Notes under the pieces: model-generated
Database searches by the model: none
Seen by the model: only the letters and a program-made list of their open reading frames with translations
What the model was told of the DNA's origin: nothing
Shown here: positions 1-13,100 of the stretch, in pieces
Layout of the letters: every line of letters starts with the position of its first letter
Numbering within the stretch: the first letter of the stretch is position 1
Source: Halocafeteria seosinensis
Taxonomy: Eukaryota
Length of the DNA: 64,000 bases
Assembly: GCA_001687465.1 (NCBI GenBank)
Contig: LVLI01000194.1
Span: forward strand, 124,001 to 188,000
Reading direction: 5' to 3'
Made by a program: the position numbers and the translations under genes

Positions 1-2232
1 AAGTAATTTTGACAAATCTGCGATAGCCGTGAGACTCCAAACTTCTCCGCCTCTTGTAATAATTTCAGTACGTCTTCTTCTGACACCTTGCCAGGCAACC
101 TGTCAGTGTACCAGTAGCAGGAAAGCTGAACGAACGTTGGAAACGGCATGTCAAGCGTCACAGATTTCGCTTTGGTTGAAGTAGATGTTCCTTCTACGTC
201 GCCGTGGGAACCCATGGATTCATACTTCCTTATTTCAGTAGTGCTGCTACTTGAATATATCGTCGATTCTTGCATACCCGAGTCAAGCATGGCTTTGAAG
301 TAGTTGCTACGATGATACAGTATATCCCGATGTAGCCAAAATGAGCGCTGAGACTGTGCCTCAGAGACCGTCACCAAAAAATCGCCGCTTCCTTCCACAT
401 TCGCTTCCTCTGGACCTTGCTGAGAGTCCCCAGATGGTTGATAATCAGCAAAGAGGGTTGAAGGCGGGGTACTCACTGAAGACTTCCGTGAGCCAACTTG
501 TTGCGCCAATTTTTTACGGTCGCCATACAGCGTGTGGTCGCGAAGAAACCGCTCGCCCCTCCAAACCAATTCTTCTGAATTTGATGGCTCGGCATGCATT
601 TGGGACCAAATCTCGTTTAACACTGACGGAGGTAACATAGATAACATGTCCTGCGCAATACTTATACACCAAATATAATCTGAACATTGGAGGGATATAA
701 GGGGTACACGAGGCGTCTACGGACTTACTGCAGTCATCGTAGAAGGTGAGGGGTCGACAGCCGCGACACTAGTCGACGCTGTTGACTGAAGAGGTTTCAG
801 ATCCAGTATATGGAGGTCATTCAGCCACTGGCGGGACTCATGACCTCCAAAGATGATTAGCCATGAGCCAACTACAGCGCTTCCATGAGTTTTTCGAGGA
901 GTGGGAGGTAGGCCAGAACACCCCATCAGCCGCCATTCCCATGTTGCTGCGGAAAGTATGCGAATCATTGGACGACAGTCCCAGGGTTGTCCCAAAGTCA
1001 ACGTACCGAGATCGAAGAATAGAACGTCATTGAAGCGACCACCTCTATATCTCCCACCAAAGAGTATAACCCATTGATTCCATACGTTCAGCGAATGCCC
1101 TGATCGGCCTTCGGGCCAAAGGCTGCTGCTCGTCTTGGGTTTTATGGGTTTCCAAAAGTAGCGCACACTTCCATCCTGGTTGGGAACAGCGCGAAACATC
1201 CAAAAGTCATCTATAAACTCTCGGCCGTTAAATCCACCGAAGAGAATCATGGTTGTACTCTGTAAAGCAGGAAAGCGGCTCATTAAGACGGAACGATGCC
1301 TCGTTAATCTTCCAGAACAATACACTCACGGAAAGAGCACAAGCACTCGCACTCGCTCTAGCTTCTGGAATATCTGCATCGTCAGTAACTATTTTTTTCC
1401 ATCGATTGAGATCTGGACACTCCAGTTGAAACTGATAGTACAAATGCGTTCCTTATGTTTTCGTGAGTAGCAGGCTGGCGACTTACCCGTGTTGAATTCC
1501 CATGTGTCATTCAGCCATCTTTCTCCATCGTATCCTCCAAATATATAAATACAATTGTTGAGGGAGGTGGAAACGTGAAAGTGTCTGCCCGTCGGTTTGT
1601 CACCATATGGGACTATGTCTTCCCAAAGATTGAGCTCTGCAAAAGTCCCTGGTCTGCCCCTATTAGCAGCTAGATCCTATGTCATTGCTGACCAAGAGAC
1701 ATACCTGCATCGTACCTCTTCAGATCAGAGAGCTCGCTGTTACCACCCCACCCACCAAACAGATAGATGTAGCGGTCCTTGAATGTCGTGCAGCTATGGG
1801 CACTCCGTGGAGCGGGAGGCGAAGAACTGAGCATCACGTAATTTCTTTGTGGCTGTCTTTCGGAGACAGCCATCTCGGTGGCCGAGAAGGCCACTAGTTC
1901 CGATTGCAATGCCGTGGTAGCAGTTGCTGGCGACTCCGTATTCTGTGCCTGCGGGTCGGACGGCGTACTCGTATTCGCAGGTTGATTCTCGAGTTTGCTC
2001 CATAGCCTCGTTTGCGTGTTGAATTGGTGGATATTTCCGAATCTGGAGCTACCTCCATTGCCTCCAAACACGTACAAATTTTTCCCTAATGCCACCATGG
2101 CCATACCTGGATAAACATATTCATCATCACCATCGGGGTCATTCACTAACGCACACGATACGACTTACATTCACGGGGTTGGGGGCATTCATCTTCCGCT
2201 TGTTGGCTTGTAAACTGAAGCCACGACATCAT
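1..2232 (-). CDS. Kelch-repeat + BTB/POZ protein (LZTR1-like), multi-exon, 3' end runs off the window
   Basis: Repeated Kelch motifs (LYVFGGNGG, APRSAHS..IYLFGGWGG, GRSGHSL..ILFGG, PRKTHGS..IIFGG). Manual translation of about 270-420 gives the BTB signature FWLHRDILYHRSNYFKAMLDSGMQES. GT-AG introns join the ORF pieces. Confidence 0.8.
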
Positions 2233-2354
2233 ATCACCATAGATAGATAGATAGATAGATACATGTAATTTTCCATGTAGGAATGCGTCGAACTTTGCCT
2301 TTATATGGCTGTACAACCAACTCAAATACATCAGGTCTTCTAGCTCGAGGAGTG

Positions 2355-3618
2355 ATGAGCGCCTATCAGCCCCGATTTATCGATATAGGGGCTAATTTGA
2401 CCGATCCCGTCTTTTATGGACGATACCGCGGGAAGCATGTGCATGAAAATGACTTTGGTAATGTCATGGAACGCGCCAAAGACATTGGAATGGAGCGTAT
2501 GATGGTCACAGGTACGGAAGAGGCTCTCACTCACTTTCACACGTCTACGAGTTCATTTAGAGACGCTATATATGTGCACAGCGGGCTCGTTCGAAGATAT
2601 TGATGAAGCCGAAAAAGTGGTCCGAGATGAACCGAACTTGTACACTACCGTGGGAATACACCCGTGCAAGGCACAGGACTTTGATGAGTATTCCCAGCCA
2701 ATGGACAGATTGATGGATAGAGCTATACAAGGCAAGAAATCGGGTGATGTGGTTGCGATTGGGGAGTGTGGTCTAGATTATGACAGACAGGAGTTTTGTC
2801 CCAAAGAAACGCAATTAAAACATTTTGCGAAACACTTTGACTTGACGGAAGCTACGGGACTGCCCATGTTTCTGCACAACAGAGCTAGCTCGGAAGATTT
2901 TTTAGGTACGCTATCAGAGACGAACGACGTTACTGATTGTTCCTAGTTGAGGTTTAAGTGACCGAATATTAATGTCCCGCCGTCATGCAGATATTTTAGA
3001 GCAAAATAGAGACCGGTTCTCGACCGGAGTAGTTCATAGTTTTACAGGCTCCAAGGTGGATGTTCAACATTTCATTGACATGGGTTTATATATTGGTATT
3101 AATGGGTGTTCCATGAAGACTGAGGTAAGTTGTGAGCTTTCAACTCGATATGTTCCATAAGTCGATCCGTCTTCATTAACCGCCCGCTATACAGGAGAAC
3201 CTAGAAGTAATGAAAACCATTCCATTAGAGAGGTTAATGATTGAAACAGGTACGCTCACTTCTCCAGATAAGGCATCTCAACAACGTTGTTCTCCATCCC
3301 TTGTTTTACGATCCAGACGCTCCGTGGTGCGAAATTCGTCCGTCCCATGCGGGTTCTAGTTACGTGAAAACGAAGTGGCCTTCGAAGAAGAAGGAGAAGT
3401 GGGAAGAAGGACATACGATAAAGGGAAGATGCGAACCTTGCCACATTATGTAGGTTTCTTCCAACACTTGATTCCCTTAGACCAGTAATTGTCGACCCAC
3501 ATTGCTACGTTGCAGACAAGTTGCTGAGGTAGCCAGTCAAGTCCGCGGTGAAGATTTCCAGGAATTTTGTGATACCGTTTATAACAACACCTTAAAGGTC
3601 TTCTTTCCTGACGCGTAA
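2355..3618 (+). CDS. TATDN1: TatD family DNase (TATDN1-like), multi-exon
   Basis: Motifs IDIGANLTDP, TVGIHP, AIGECGLDYDR, LPMFLHNR, GVVHSFTG, IGINGCSMKT, ETDAPWCEIRPSH, GRCEP across GT-AG separated exons; ends FFPDA-TAA. Confidence 0.92.
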
Positions 3619-3751
3619 AGGAGAAGCCAACCAAGCGTTCGGCATCCTGTCAGCATAGGCGTAGTTAACACCGGCCACTCTCGTGTCTGTCTCTAAACAG
3701 CTAGTTTGGGTTACCAATACCGTACAACCGTAGTTGCACAACCCTAAACTC

Positions 3752-5163
3752 TCAAGCCCTTGATTCGTCGTTCCCCTCCTGATTTTCTTCGTATCCGTAT
3801 AATTCTGGATGATTCCGTAAATTGTAGACTTCTCGATCGTACAGTTTCACTTTTGCTTTCATGACACGTCGGTATTCGTCATCACGCCGGAGCATCCTCT
3901 CAATCTTCTCTAGGCGCGTTTTTAGTTTCTTTTCGTAAGCTTCTTCGTCGAAAGCTTGCACAGGAAACCACTCCGGAATCCAGTCACTAAAGTATGTTTT
4001 ACCTTGTCGTCTATCTTCGTACTTGGACGCCTCTTTCTTAATATGTTCAGGCTCTAAAGCCGCAGCAACATCTTCGGCACTTAGTTCCCGAGATTCGGAG
4101 ACACCTTTGTTGCTATGTCCTTCCATGGTTTTCCTAGCGATTTCTCGAGCTCGCACAGTCCTAATCCATGCCTCATCACCGTTGGAGTGTTCGTTCATGA
4201 CGATGGGATCTGTTAAGACTTTCCGAGCAATGGCTGGTGTGTTCTTCCAGAGTTTTATCTCCTCGGGTGAAGCGTATGCGAATCGCTGCCAGAAGGAGTC
4301 ATACTTGCTAGAATCGAATGGAGTGGTTGAAAGTCCATACTTCTGTAAATTCAATTCGTTCTTTCTAAGCCACTCCTTGCGCGCGGCGATAGCTTCTTCC
4401 CTTGTTGCGCAATGCTCAAGTGTGTCCACAGTCGCCATAGAGTTTTGAAATGTACTGTCATCCACAATACTCGAGCCTCTCCGCTCTTCTGCTTCTTGGT
4501 TGCTATGCTGTAGTTTCCTTTGATTGAGAATCTGTTGCTTGAGCTCATTTCGCTCAGCTTCTAACCGATCGTAGACGTATTGTCCCGTCCAACCCACAAT
4601 TCCAAAAAGCATAGCACCCTGGATACCCTTTCCGACTCCGGCAAACGCGGTGGAAAGAACGCCTCCACTGATGGAGCCAGCTAAGGCACTGTTCAAGCGA
4701 GGATATCGTTGATCCCAGTAGATAAGACCTTCACGTAACCCTGGGCAAATACAGAAACAAAGTAACAATGGGCCCAGTTCATCAAACAGACACCGAGTAT
4801 GTGAACCTACAAAAGAATGCTCCTCCACAGATGGTGAAATTGAAGCCCATGGACACCGCATAAAATCGAACAGATTTAGCACGTAATGTAGCTATCACAG
4901 CTCCTGTAGCAGCTCCAGCCGCGGCTGCAATGGGGCACCACAAAGTGTTATGACCGACGAGGCGCTTTTCCACCGTCTTCTCGTGCCGATTACTTACTGC
5001 ATACAATAGTATTTCTGGCTGCGCGTTCAAACTCGAATCGCTGTTCACTAGTGTCTTGCATGGACCTCGTGTGACCCATTAAGGTGTCATAATAACTGTG
5101 TCGTGAGGAGGAGGAGGAGGCGGAAGATCCTCCTCCAGAGTCGTCACTGGAGGTTGTGTTCAT
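3752..5163 (-). CDS. Tim17/Tim22/Tim23-family membrane domain with a long hydrophilic C-terminal extension
   Basis: Gly/Ala-rich helices AAAGAATGAVIA, GFNFTICGGAFF, LNSALAGSISGGVLS, GIQGAMLFGIVG fit the Tim17-family pattern; two short introns near 4930-5000 and 4740-4810. Confidence 0.6.
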
Positions 5164-5304
5164 TGAATTGTCAATTTTGCCACCACTGCGCTGATTCATT
5201 GTCGATCAATAGTGAATCCATGCTAATATTCTGTGGTATTGGTGTCGTGCACGAAAAACGAAAAATTAACCTGCTAACAACTCGGTCCCGAGCAGTCTCA
5301 GTAG

Positions 5305-5843
5305 ATGTCAGGGCAAACTGATGCTTCTGCCACGTCAGGCCAAAATAGACAGGCTCACGATATTGCGATAGGCAAGGATGAGGGCCGATCATCTCGACTT
5401 CGAGTAGGCAATTTCCTCGAAGAGGTAAGCCCGCAGAATTAGTTGCGTGTTACGTCCACATCTTCAATTCCACATCAGCTGCTGGTACTGCGTGCATGCT
5501 TATAATGAGATGAAGTCCTCACTGCTGTTTACGTGGATGTGCCGCGCAGAAAGTTAGGAAAGAATGGAAGAAAATGGCTCTTAGCGCATGCGATGACGTC
5601 ATTAGGAAGTATTGGGTGTGCAGGAATGAGCAAGGACTCATGGTTATCTTCAAGTGCCGCGGTGAGCTCAACGAAATGAATTCGTGTCTCAAATCTTGGA
5701 ATGCGGATCAACAAAAGTACGAAGAATATAAGAATAAGAGGCTACCGGAACTGAAAGAACAATTTGCGAATGGGCAACCCAATCCTGAATATTTTAACCC
5801 GGATGGCACACCAAAGGCTGAGACACCGATGACAAAACGGTAG
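5305..5843 (+). CDS. CMC1: Cmc1-family twin-CX9C cytochrome c oxidase assembly protein
   Basis: Spliced frame (intron about 5424-5548) reads LEEKVRKEWKKMALSACDDVIRKYWVC...KCRGELNEMNSCL, with two CX9C motifs. Confidence 0.8.
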
Positions 5844-7073
5844 TCGGCGTAGTCTTTATGCTTGCCAGCGTTCCTGGAGAGTTCCTGGAGAGGATACGAG
5901 GAGAATTCACTAACTTACGAGTATAGCTGCTAGCAAAATCCAAGTGGACTGATAATCATTCTTTCGCAAGAGCGCGAACGGCAACAACTTGCAGTTCAGG
6001 GACGAGCGCGGAGTATGCTTCGCTATGTGCACTAATTACTTTCACGTCGTCTAGAAGATGATTTAGTCTTCTTAATCGTGGATTCCCCTATCTGTAGTCG
6101 CGGTAATTTTTCTAAAGGCTCTGCCAACCAATCCGTACTCCTTGGTCTGAGCATCCCAATACATTCAATTTGCCTCAACGTCACGTGATTTAGCCACCTA
6201 AGTAAAAGCATCTTCTAACGCAGTCATGTTGCCATATATCACGGCCACTTTGATCCCGCGCGGTCACGAAACAGATGATGGATTCGCGAATACTTAAGTA
6301 CGTAATGTATAATGTACCATATGGTATGTCCCACCGGTTGACCATTTTCTGTGCCTGTATATACATAGTGCAAGAGTCCTCCTTACTATTTCCATTAGCA
6401 TTGACGGTGGTGGTTTGTTAATCATACCATTCCTTCGACCACAGAATCTGTCTAAGTTATGACATCAGAAACTGCTGTCAGATGCCGTTAGGTGTAGGTG
6501 TATACAGGTGACGGTCAGAATCTTCAGGAAGTTTCAGTCCAACAGCTCAACTACGTGCGTACTTGCAAGTCGCAACAGATATTTACTTAGGCATAAGCAA
6601 TCGGCAGTCATTATGGATGACTCAACTGTCCAAGAAGTAACGGTGACGGTAGGGATGAATCAATTGCTTTGGCCGTGTGCTTTTGTAGTATGCTAGCCAT
6701 TAGTATCCGCAGTCGCTTTCAATCAGATGAGAATAAGGCGCTTCTTGCTGTGTGAATGTGGTGCTGACATGGACTGCCACATACAACGAATTAAGTGACT
6801 CGGTGCAACGCCGCGACCCAGTTTGTGCGGCAGTCTCGATTCCTGGCGACCGGGAGGACCTCACAGTGCACCCAGGGGCAGCCTCAGGGGACAAAGAAAT
6901 TACAAAACCATTCGTTGGCTTTTCTTTGACCCGCTTATCTGAAGAATGAGTGCTCCAGATAGTGAATGTGTTGATCCATGTTCGTCGATCATTTCCTGTC
7001 TGGTATTTTCGGTCAATACAGTACCAGTAGTTTCAGAAGGACTAGCACAATCGCTCCATGTCGCACAACGACA

Positions 7074-8153
7074 ATGCGAACGTTCCACGTTATCCTGTTC
7101 TGCGTCCTTCATGGACTGATGGTGACTTTTGCAGGAGCTATTGAGGGAGCGGATATATGTCATATGTGTCTTTTTCAACCTCAATGTCTGGAACTAGCTC
7201 CTGAGGATGCAAAGAATGGCTTGGTTTCGACCAGCTTCAGCTTTGATGACATCGAACATCTGGACGACGTCTGTTCTTGCATTAGCAATGTAGAGTCTTG
7301 CCTAAAGGATAATTCATGCGGATACGGATCGCAGGTGAATAGTTTGAAGAGCGAGCTTGGATGTGGAGATGGGAATTCTATAAATTACATGTGTCTCCTA
7401 TGCACGTATCAGGCGTTCCAAAGCGAGTGCCGAGATATCCTGCCAGAGAACATGGACCTCAATTCGACATCCGATGTGCTAACGTTTGCGAAACAGGTGT
7501 TCAGCAACAAGGGCGAGCAAGTGTGTTCTTGTGTCAAAAGTATCGACGATTGCCGACAGCAGCCATGTTCTTTCGAAACACCGAAAGATTTGGATTCGTT
7601 CCTTGGTAGAGCGGGGTGCTCGAACGAGGACGAAAAGAGTAATGACGATGCTAAGAATGGGGACGAAGAACGAGGATCCGACGATGAGAGGCAGAATAAT
7701 GATGAAGAACAGAAATCCGAGGACGATAAGCAGGGTAATGATGGAGAACAGCGATCCGACAATGAGAAACAGGAGCAGGATGAGAATGACAGCCAAGAGG
7801 GAGATGGCAATGGAAAGCGTGATGATAATGAAGAGAAGAAGGAGTATGACGAAGAGAAGCAAGAGAATGATGATAATCAAGGAAAAGAGAAGGATAATGG
7901 TAAACATGATGACGGGGAACAGGACGATGAGGGAGCAGAGTCTGGTGACGAGACTGCTAGCGCAGAAAACGACGGCGCTTCCGTGCCCACCAAAGAAGTC
8001 GTGACACCCATTGTCGGTGTAGTGGCCGCGGGAGCGATCATCGGAGGAATCGTTTTAGCGACTTGGGTCCGTCGCAGACGGACCAACACCACTATCACCA
8101 CCAACAACGCTAGTAGAGATATCCGTGAATGGCGTTACGCGCGACAGGCGTGA
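7074..8153 (+). CDS. Cysteine-rich type I membrane protein, paralog A (signal peptide, two Cys-rich repeats, acidic stalk, TM helix, basic tail)
   Basis: Signal-like MRTFHVILFCVLHGLMVTFAGA; CHMCLFQPQC...CSC and CLLCTYQAFQSEC...CSC repeats; D/E/N-rich stalk; TM IVGVVAAGAIIGGIVLATW followed by RRRR. Confidence 0.8.
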   Translation: MRTFHVILFCVLHGLMVTFAGAIEGADICHMCLFQPQCLELAPEDAKNGLVSTSFSFDDIEHLDDVCSCISNVESCLKDNSCGYGSQVNSLKSELGCGDGNSINYMCLLCTYQAFQSECRDILPENMDLNSTSDVLTFAKQVFSNKGEQVCSCVKSIDDCRQQPCSFETPKDLDSFLGRAGCSNEDEKSNDDAKNGDEERGSDDERQNNDEEQKSEDDKQGNDGEQRSDNEKQEQDENDSQEGDGNGKRDDNEEKKEYDEEKQENDDNQGKEKDNGKHDDGEQDDEGAESGDETASAENDGASVPTKEVVTPIVGVVAAGAIIGGIVLATWVRRRRTNTTITTNNASRDIREWRYARQA

Positions 8154-8568
8154 TCTGGCGTCGCGTACTGAACTCAAGTAAACGTTACTGCTTCCTGTAG
8201 AACCGTATCACCGAACAACCTCCAGCAAAATCAAACATACCATATATGGTACGTTAGCACCACCATGTTTCACCAGTTGATTTGTTTTTTCGACACTGCG
8301 GCTTATGTTTGCCACGAAGCATTCCGATTACAACCCCTGACATAGAACACCATCCAGTAAATACAGTTTGTCATTCAAAATGCCTCCTTCTATCAACCAT
8401 CCAAAATGGCGGTCCGCAGTTGGTTCAGTTGTTGTGCAGTGCACCAATAAGCGTACTTGACATTGCTTGACCGAATTGATTGGGTCAACCGTGGCGAGCA
8501 TATCCTTCGACTATGCTGACGTACATTGCAGAGATTGAAAAGCTCTAGCTGCCTGTCGTACGACAAGG

Positions 8569-9402
8569 ATGCAAGGTCTCCATGCATTCCTACTTGGTGT
8601 CCTGCTAGTGGCTGCCTCCTTTGCTGAGGCTATTGAGGGTTTGAATAAATGCCATATGTGCCTTTTCCAGCCTCAATGCTTGGAGCTATCTCCTGAAGAT
8701 GCAGAGAATGGATTGGTCTCAAGGAATATGGGCTTTGGAGCCATCCAGTACCTTGACGACGTTTGCTCGTGCGCTAGCAACCTCGACGCTTGTTTGAAGG
8801 AGAACTCATGTGGATACGAATCCCAATTGAATGACCTGAAGCGCGACCTTGGTTGCGGGAAGGGACATAGCCCAAACTACATGTGTCTCCTGTGCACCTA
8901 TCAAGCGTTCCAAGACAAGTGCCAGGGTCTCTTGCCGCCGGAGAACATGAACCTCAACTCAACGTCAGATATGCTGGCATTCGCAAAACAGGTGTTCAAC
9001 AAGCAGGGCAAGAAAGTGTGTTCCTGCATTAGAAGTATTGACGATTGTCGGAAACAGTCCTGCTCTTTCGAAACCCCCAAGGATTTAGATTCCTTCCTTG
9101 GAAGAGCAGGCTGCCCGAGTTCCAACAACGATGATGACGAAGAGGGCACTCAAGCTTCCAAAACAAATGAGGACAGCGGCTCAGTAACGACTGACGACGT
9201 AGTAACACCCGTAATTGTTGTTGTGGTCGTTTTATCGATTGTTGGAGGCATCGTACTACAGGTGTGGTTCCGACGGAGAGGAGGCTCCAACCCTCCCAGA
9301 GATATCTCCGAGTCGCGTCGTTCCAGAGATGTCTCGCGTCAGTCCAGAGATGCTGCTGCATCGCAAGATGCCGACAACATTAGTTTTGAGGCGACTATTT
9401 AG
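8569..9402 (+). CDS. Cysteine-rich type I membrane protein, paralog B (short stalk)
   Basis: Shares blocks with paralog A (CHMCLFQPQCLEL, YMCLLCTYQAFQ, CSFETPKDLDSFLGRAGC); signal peptide; TM VIVVVVVLSIVGGIVLQVWF followed by RRR. Confidence 0.82.
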   Translation: MQGLHAFLLGVLLVAASFAEAIEGLNKCHMCLFQPQCLELSPEDAENGLVSRNMGFGAIQYLDDVCSCASNLDACLKENSCGYESQLNDLKRDLGCGKGHSPNYMCLLCTYQAFQDKCQGLLPPENMNLNSTSDMLAFAKQVFNKQGKKVCSCIRSIDDCRKQSCSFETPKDLDSFLGRAGCPSSNNDDDEEGTQASKTNEDSGSVTTDDVVTPVIVVVVVLSIVGGIVLQVWFRRRGGSNPPRDISESRRSRDVSRQSRDAAASQDADNISFEATI

Positions 9403-10145
9403 TTTTAACTGTGTTCAACTACAGTTCGTAAGCGTTGCCTCGGTGCAACTCTGTGGGTTAACTTCGGCTGAGTCTGGGAAATACAACTAGGCAGCCATTG
9501 ACCGCTGGCTTGACAAAGACACTGCTGTGAATTTTCGTGAGTGTACTGTGGGCTAATTGAAGATATCTCCAGGTTGTCCTGGTACTTTCAAGCTTTCAGC
9601 AGTGCATCAGGTATGGACCACCGTATGGTACCCAATGCCGTGCTACAACATCACAGAATACACCGCCCTTTGCTTCGCGTTCATGTACGTGCGAATGTGT
9701 ATTAACCTTTTTTTTCTACCGGCACCCTACTGTAAACGAGAAACCTCGCGGTCGAGTATCAGTTCCAAAACATTAGCCGACATCCAGTCTTTCCGCAATA
9801 AGTTGTGAGAACATCTTCCAGTTGTTCATTGCCCTCTTCCTTGATGCACACAAGATATCAATTTCCGCGAGGTTTTGTCATTAGGTATATAAAAAAGACT
9901 TTGCAATTCAATAGTGGGGATTTTCTGGCACTTGTTCTTGTAGCAACCAGCCATTGATTTGACGGAAAAAGACCTTCCGTGTCAGCCTCGAACGGACTTC
10001 ACACGCATCATTTTCGGCCCAGAAGTTGTGCTTGACCACTTGTACCGTGCTCTAGTTCCCCTAGCATTCTACCCACGAGACGGAAAGGGAAGCGCGTGTG
10101 TATAGACTGGCTGACTGAGTGAGTTGGCATGCGTACATTGTGCTC

Positions 10146-13100
10146 ATGGCCAGCAACGAACGGGGCTACTCAGAACAGGAGTCCGATATAGAGGGACATG
10201 CCTTTTTACAGGCATTCTCCTCGGGAGGACACGGTTCTGGAGGGATACCACCTATCATGGACGCACGGGCATCAGAATCGTCTGCCTTGCATGATCTCGA
10301 AGGACAGACGTTCGGTAGCCATGATGTAGGAAGGTATATGGAATTGGACAAGCCTTCCGAGAAGCGAGTTCAGTCAAAGGAATGGCATGATGTCGATAAT
10401 ATTGAGCAGGGGAAAGAAGATGGGACACGTTCATTGGTGGGGTGTTGTTGCCGACTAAATGAGGCTTGCCTATTGACCGACTTACAAGGGTGGAAGCGAG
10501 TTTATGAACTGATTAAAATTGGACTAGGTTTGTCATCCTCGGGTCCTGGGTTTGATGGAGCCGACAACTCCATAGAACGTCGTAAAAGCGATGGTAGGAA
10601 AGCGTCGCAAAACAGTGGAGGGTACGACTCCATTGAGAGTTCTGTTCCTTCCGAGGACCGCGATTACAAGTGGGGGCATTGGTGTTGCACGGGTTTGAAG
10701 TTCCGGATCTTCATTGCTACGGTGGCTATCGGGCTGCAGGTGCTCAGGTAAGCGATTTTTTCAGTATTTAGGACTTTAGCTTTGCTCTTGAATTTGTCCT
10801 GGGCCTCCGATATCACAGTGCTTACACTGGATTCAAAGCCGGTATTCAATCTGGACCTGTATTAGAGACGCTTTCCGAGCAACAGTATCACCAGTTTTCA
10901 AAGGAGATCCTAATAATGGCTGTTCTCTATCTGGTTAATTCATTTTCGCTAATTCTTTCTGCGTTTATTGTAAGTTATCGGGCATGAAACGATCTTCATT
11001 GTCATTCATTCCAACAATGCATTCATTTGAGTACAGGGGGAAAGACTGCGTATAGAGTGGCGGCACGTTGTACTAACTAAAATTCACGATCTATACTTTG
11101 GATCCGCGGTTCCTTATTGGCTGAATGGCGGTGCTGTTGGTATCAAAAACCGTAATCATCATGATTCAGACCGTGACGTCAGGGCGAATTTGGACACGGT
11201 TGACCAACGGATCACTCAAGAGTAAGTTTCCGTTTGCAGCAATGGTTCCTAGCACGATGTTTATATATCTGGTTTTATTGCAGTTTGGATTCGTTTACGC
11301 AATACTGCTCTCAGTTGTTATTTGGCCTATTCGATGATCCTTATTCGGCCAGCTCTACGCTAGTATCGCTCGTGCTAAGTGCTACGTTTGTCTCTAATTT
11401 AGGATGGTTTCCTATTATGCTCTCAGTTAGTTTCTTTGCTGTGGCGGTTCTGATAGTAACTCTTCTGACACCTCGGGTATCTCAAGCGACGAAAAGGGCG
11501 GCAAAAGCCATGGGCGATCTCCGATTTGCATTAGCGCGAGTACTAGAGCATGCTGAGAGTGTACTCTTTTGGAAGGGTCAGAAGTTTGAACTTGAGCGAT
11601 TGGACAGGTTGCTACATGTTACATATATCAAGTACATCAGCTTGTACATTTGGCAATTTCTTCTGTCTTCGTGGACTTCTTTTCAAGGCTCATTTCCCGA
11701 AGTGTTGGGACTAATTGCCACTGCAGTTCTCTGTTGGCATTTTAACTCAGGAGTTCACTCAATTTCAGATATCGCTCAGTCAGTAGCTTCCATCAGGGCG
11801 CTAACAGCTGCAATGTGTTTCCTGCCGTCTGTCTTATCCAAAGCCGGGCTCATATTTGGCTACGCACATCGGGTAGGAGCACTGGTGGATATCCTGAGGT
11901 CTCGTCTTCGAGAAACGCCCCCCAGTCAAACAAGCGAGCCTCGTATTAAGGGGCACAGTGGCTCCACACTGTGCTCACATCCGGAAGGTACGACTTCCGA
12001 AGCCGCGACGGTTTCCACTGAGTCATTGGTCTCTGTCTCGGGATTATCCCTTGTAATTGGGTCGGAGGAAGAAACGGTTTTGCGCATCGGTCCTGTCAAT
12101 TTCACTGTTGAAAGATACCGTCACACGCTTATAGAAGGTCCCAGTGGCTGCGGCAAGAGCACCTTGTTGCGAGCTATAGCGGGACTAGTGCCTTCTGCCG
12201 CGAACTGTATCCGTTTTAGCACTGACGCACGAAGAGAAAACCACGTCTTTTTGTCGCAAAGGGTATATCTTCCTTCGCATTTGTCTTTGCGAGACTTAAT
12301 TCTTTATCCGCACCGACAAAAGTCTGAGCCTTCAGTGAGTACTAACCCGGAAGGAACCGTCACCTCTGGAAGGTCTACGACGCCATTACTGGAAGAACTA
12401 CCGAGAAGCAACAACAGTATTGCACATACAGATGTAGAGACTCCCACTGACATGGAGATGTTATATCTGTTGTATGCGTTAGGGTTTAAAAGACTTCTTT
12501 CATCGCTTGGAGAATGCTCTCATAGCTGTGATAGTAACATGAGTGACTACGTCCCGCGGTGGGCTCCCTTAAGTTTATGGTCATACATTGAGGAGACGTG
12601 TGAGATGTCATTTGCGGAATTCAGGCAATACTTTGGCGAGAGAGACGTGGGTGCATTCTTAGACGGTCGGAGAAGTTGGAACACCATTCTGAGTGTAGGT
12701 GAGCAGCAGAGACTATTGCTGGCACGGTTGCTATGGCAGCGACCTACCGTTGCCTTCCTAGACGAAAGCACTAGCGCAATGAATGATGCAATGGAAGTCC
12801 ACTGCATCGAGCTGTTGAAGCGAGCTGGTATTACTTTGGTGTCCGTGGGCCATTCCCGAACCTTACGGGCTTTCCACAAGCAGCTACTTAAAATGACACC
12901 GATAGAAGAAAGTTCACGAGAAATGTTTGTCCGATGTAGAGTGTCTCAACTTTCCCAAGAGGAGGAGCCATCAGGCACGGGAAACATTTTGTCGACGAAA
13001 ACGGCCGATATGGCAAGTCCCGAACATACACGAGGATTGGGTCATGAAAGGATTGCGTCTTCAAAGCACAAATATAGTGCGTTTGGGATAGAGTTTTGGA

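Noticed and set aside
2239..2261. (GATA)n tract between the Kelch-BTB and TatD starts as a regulatory element
   Set aside because: An ordinary short microsatellite with no evidence of function.
7361..8107. Overlapping alternative-frame and antisense ORFs, including a very hydrophobic 142-aa one
   Set aside because: They are shadows of the GA-rich acidic stalk of paralog A.
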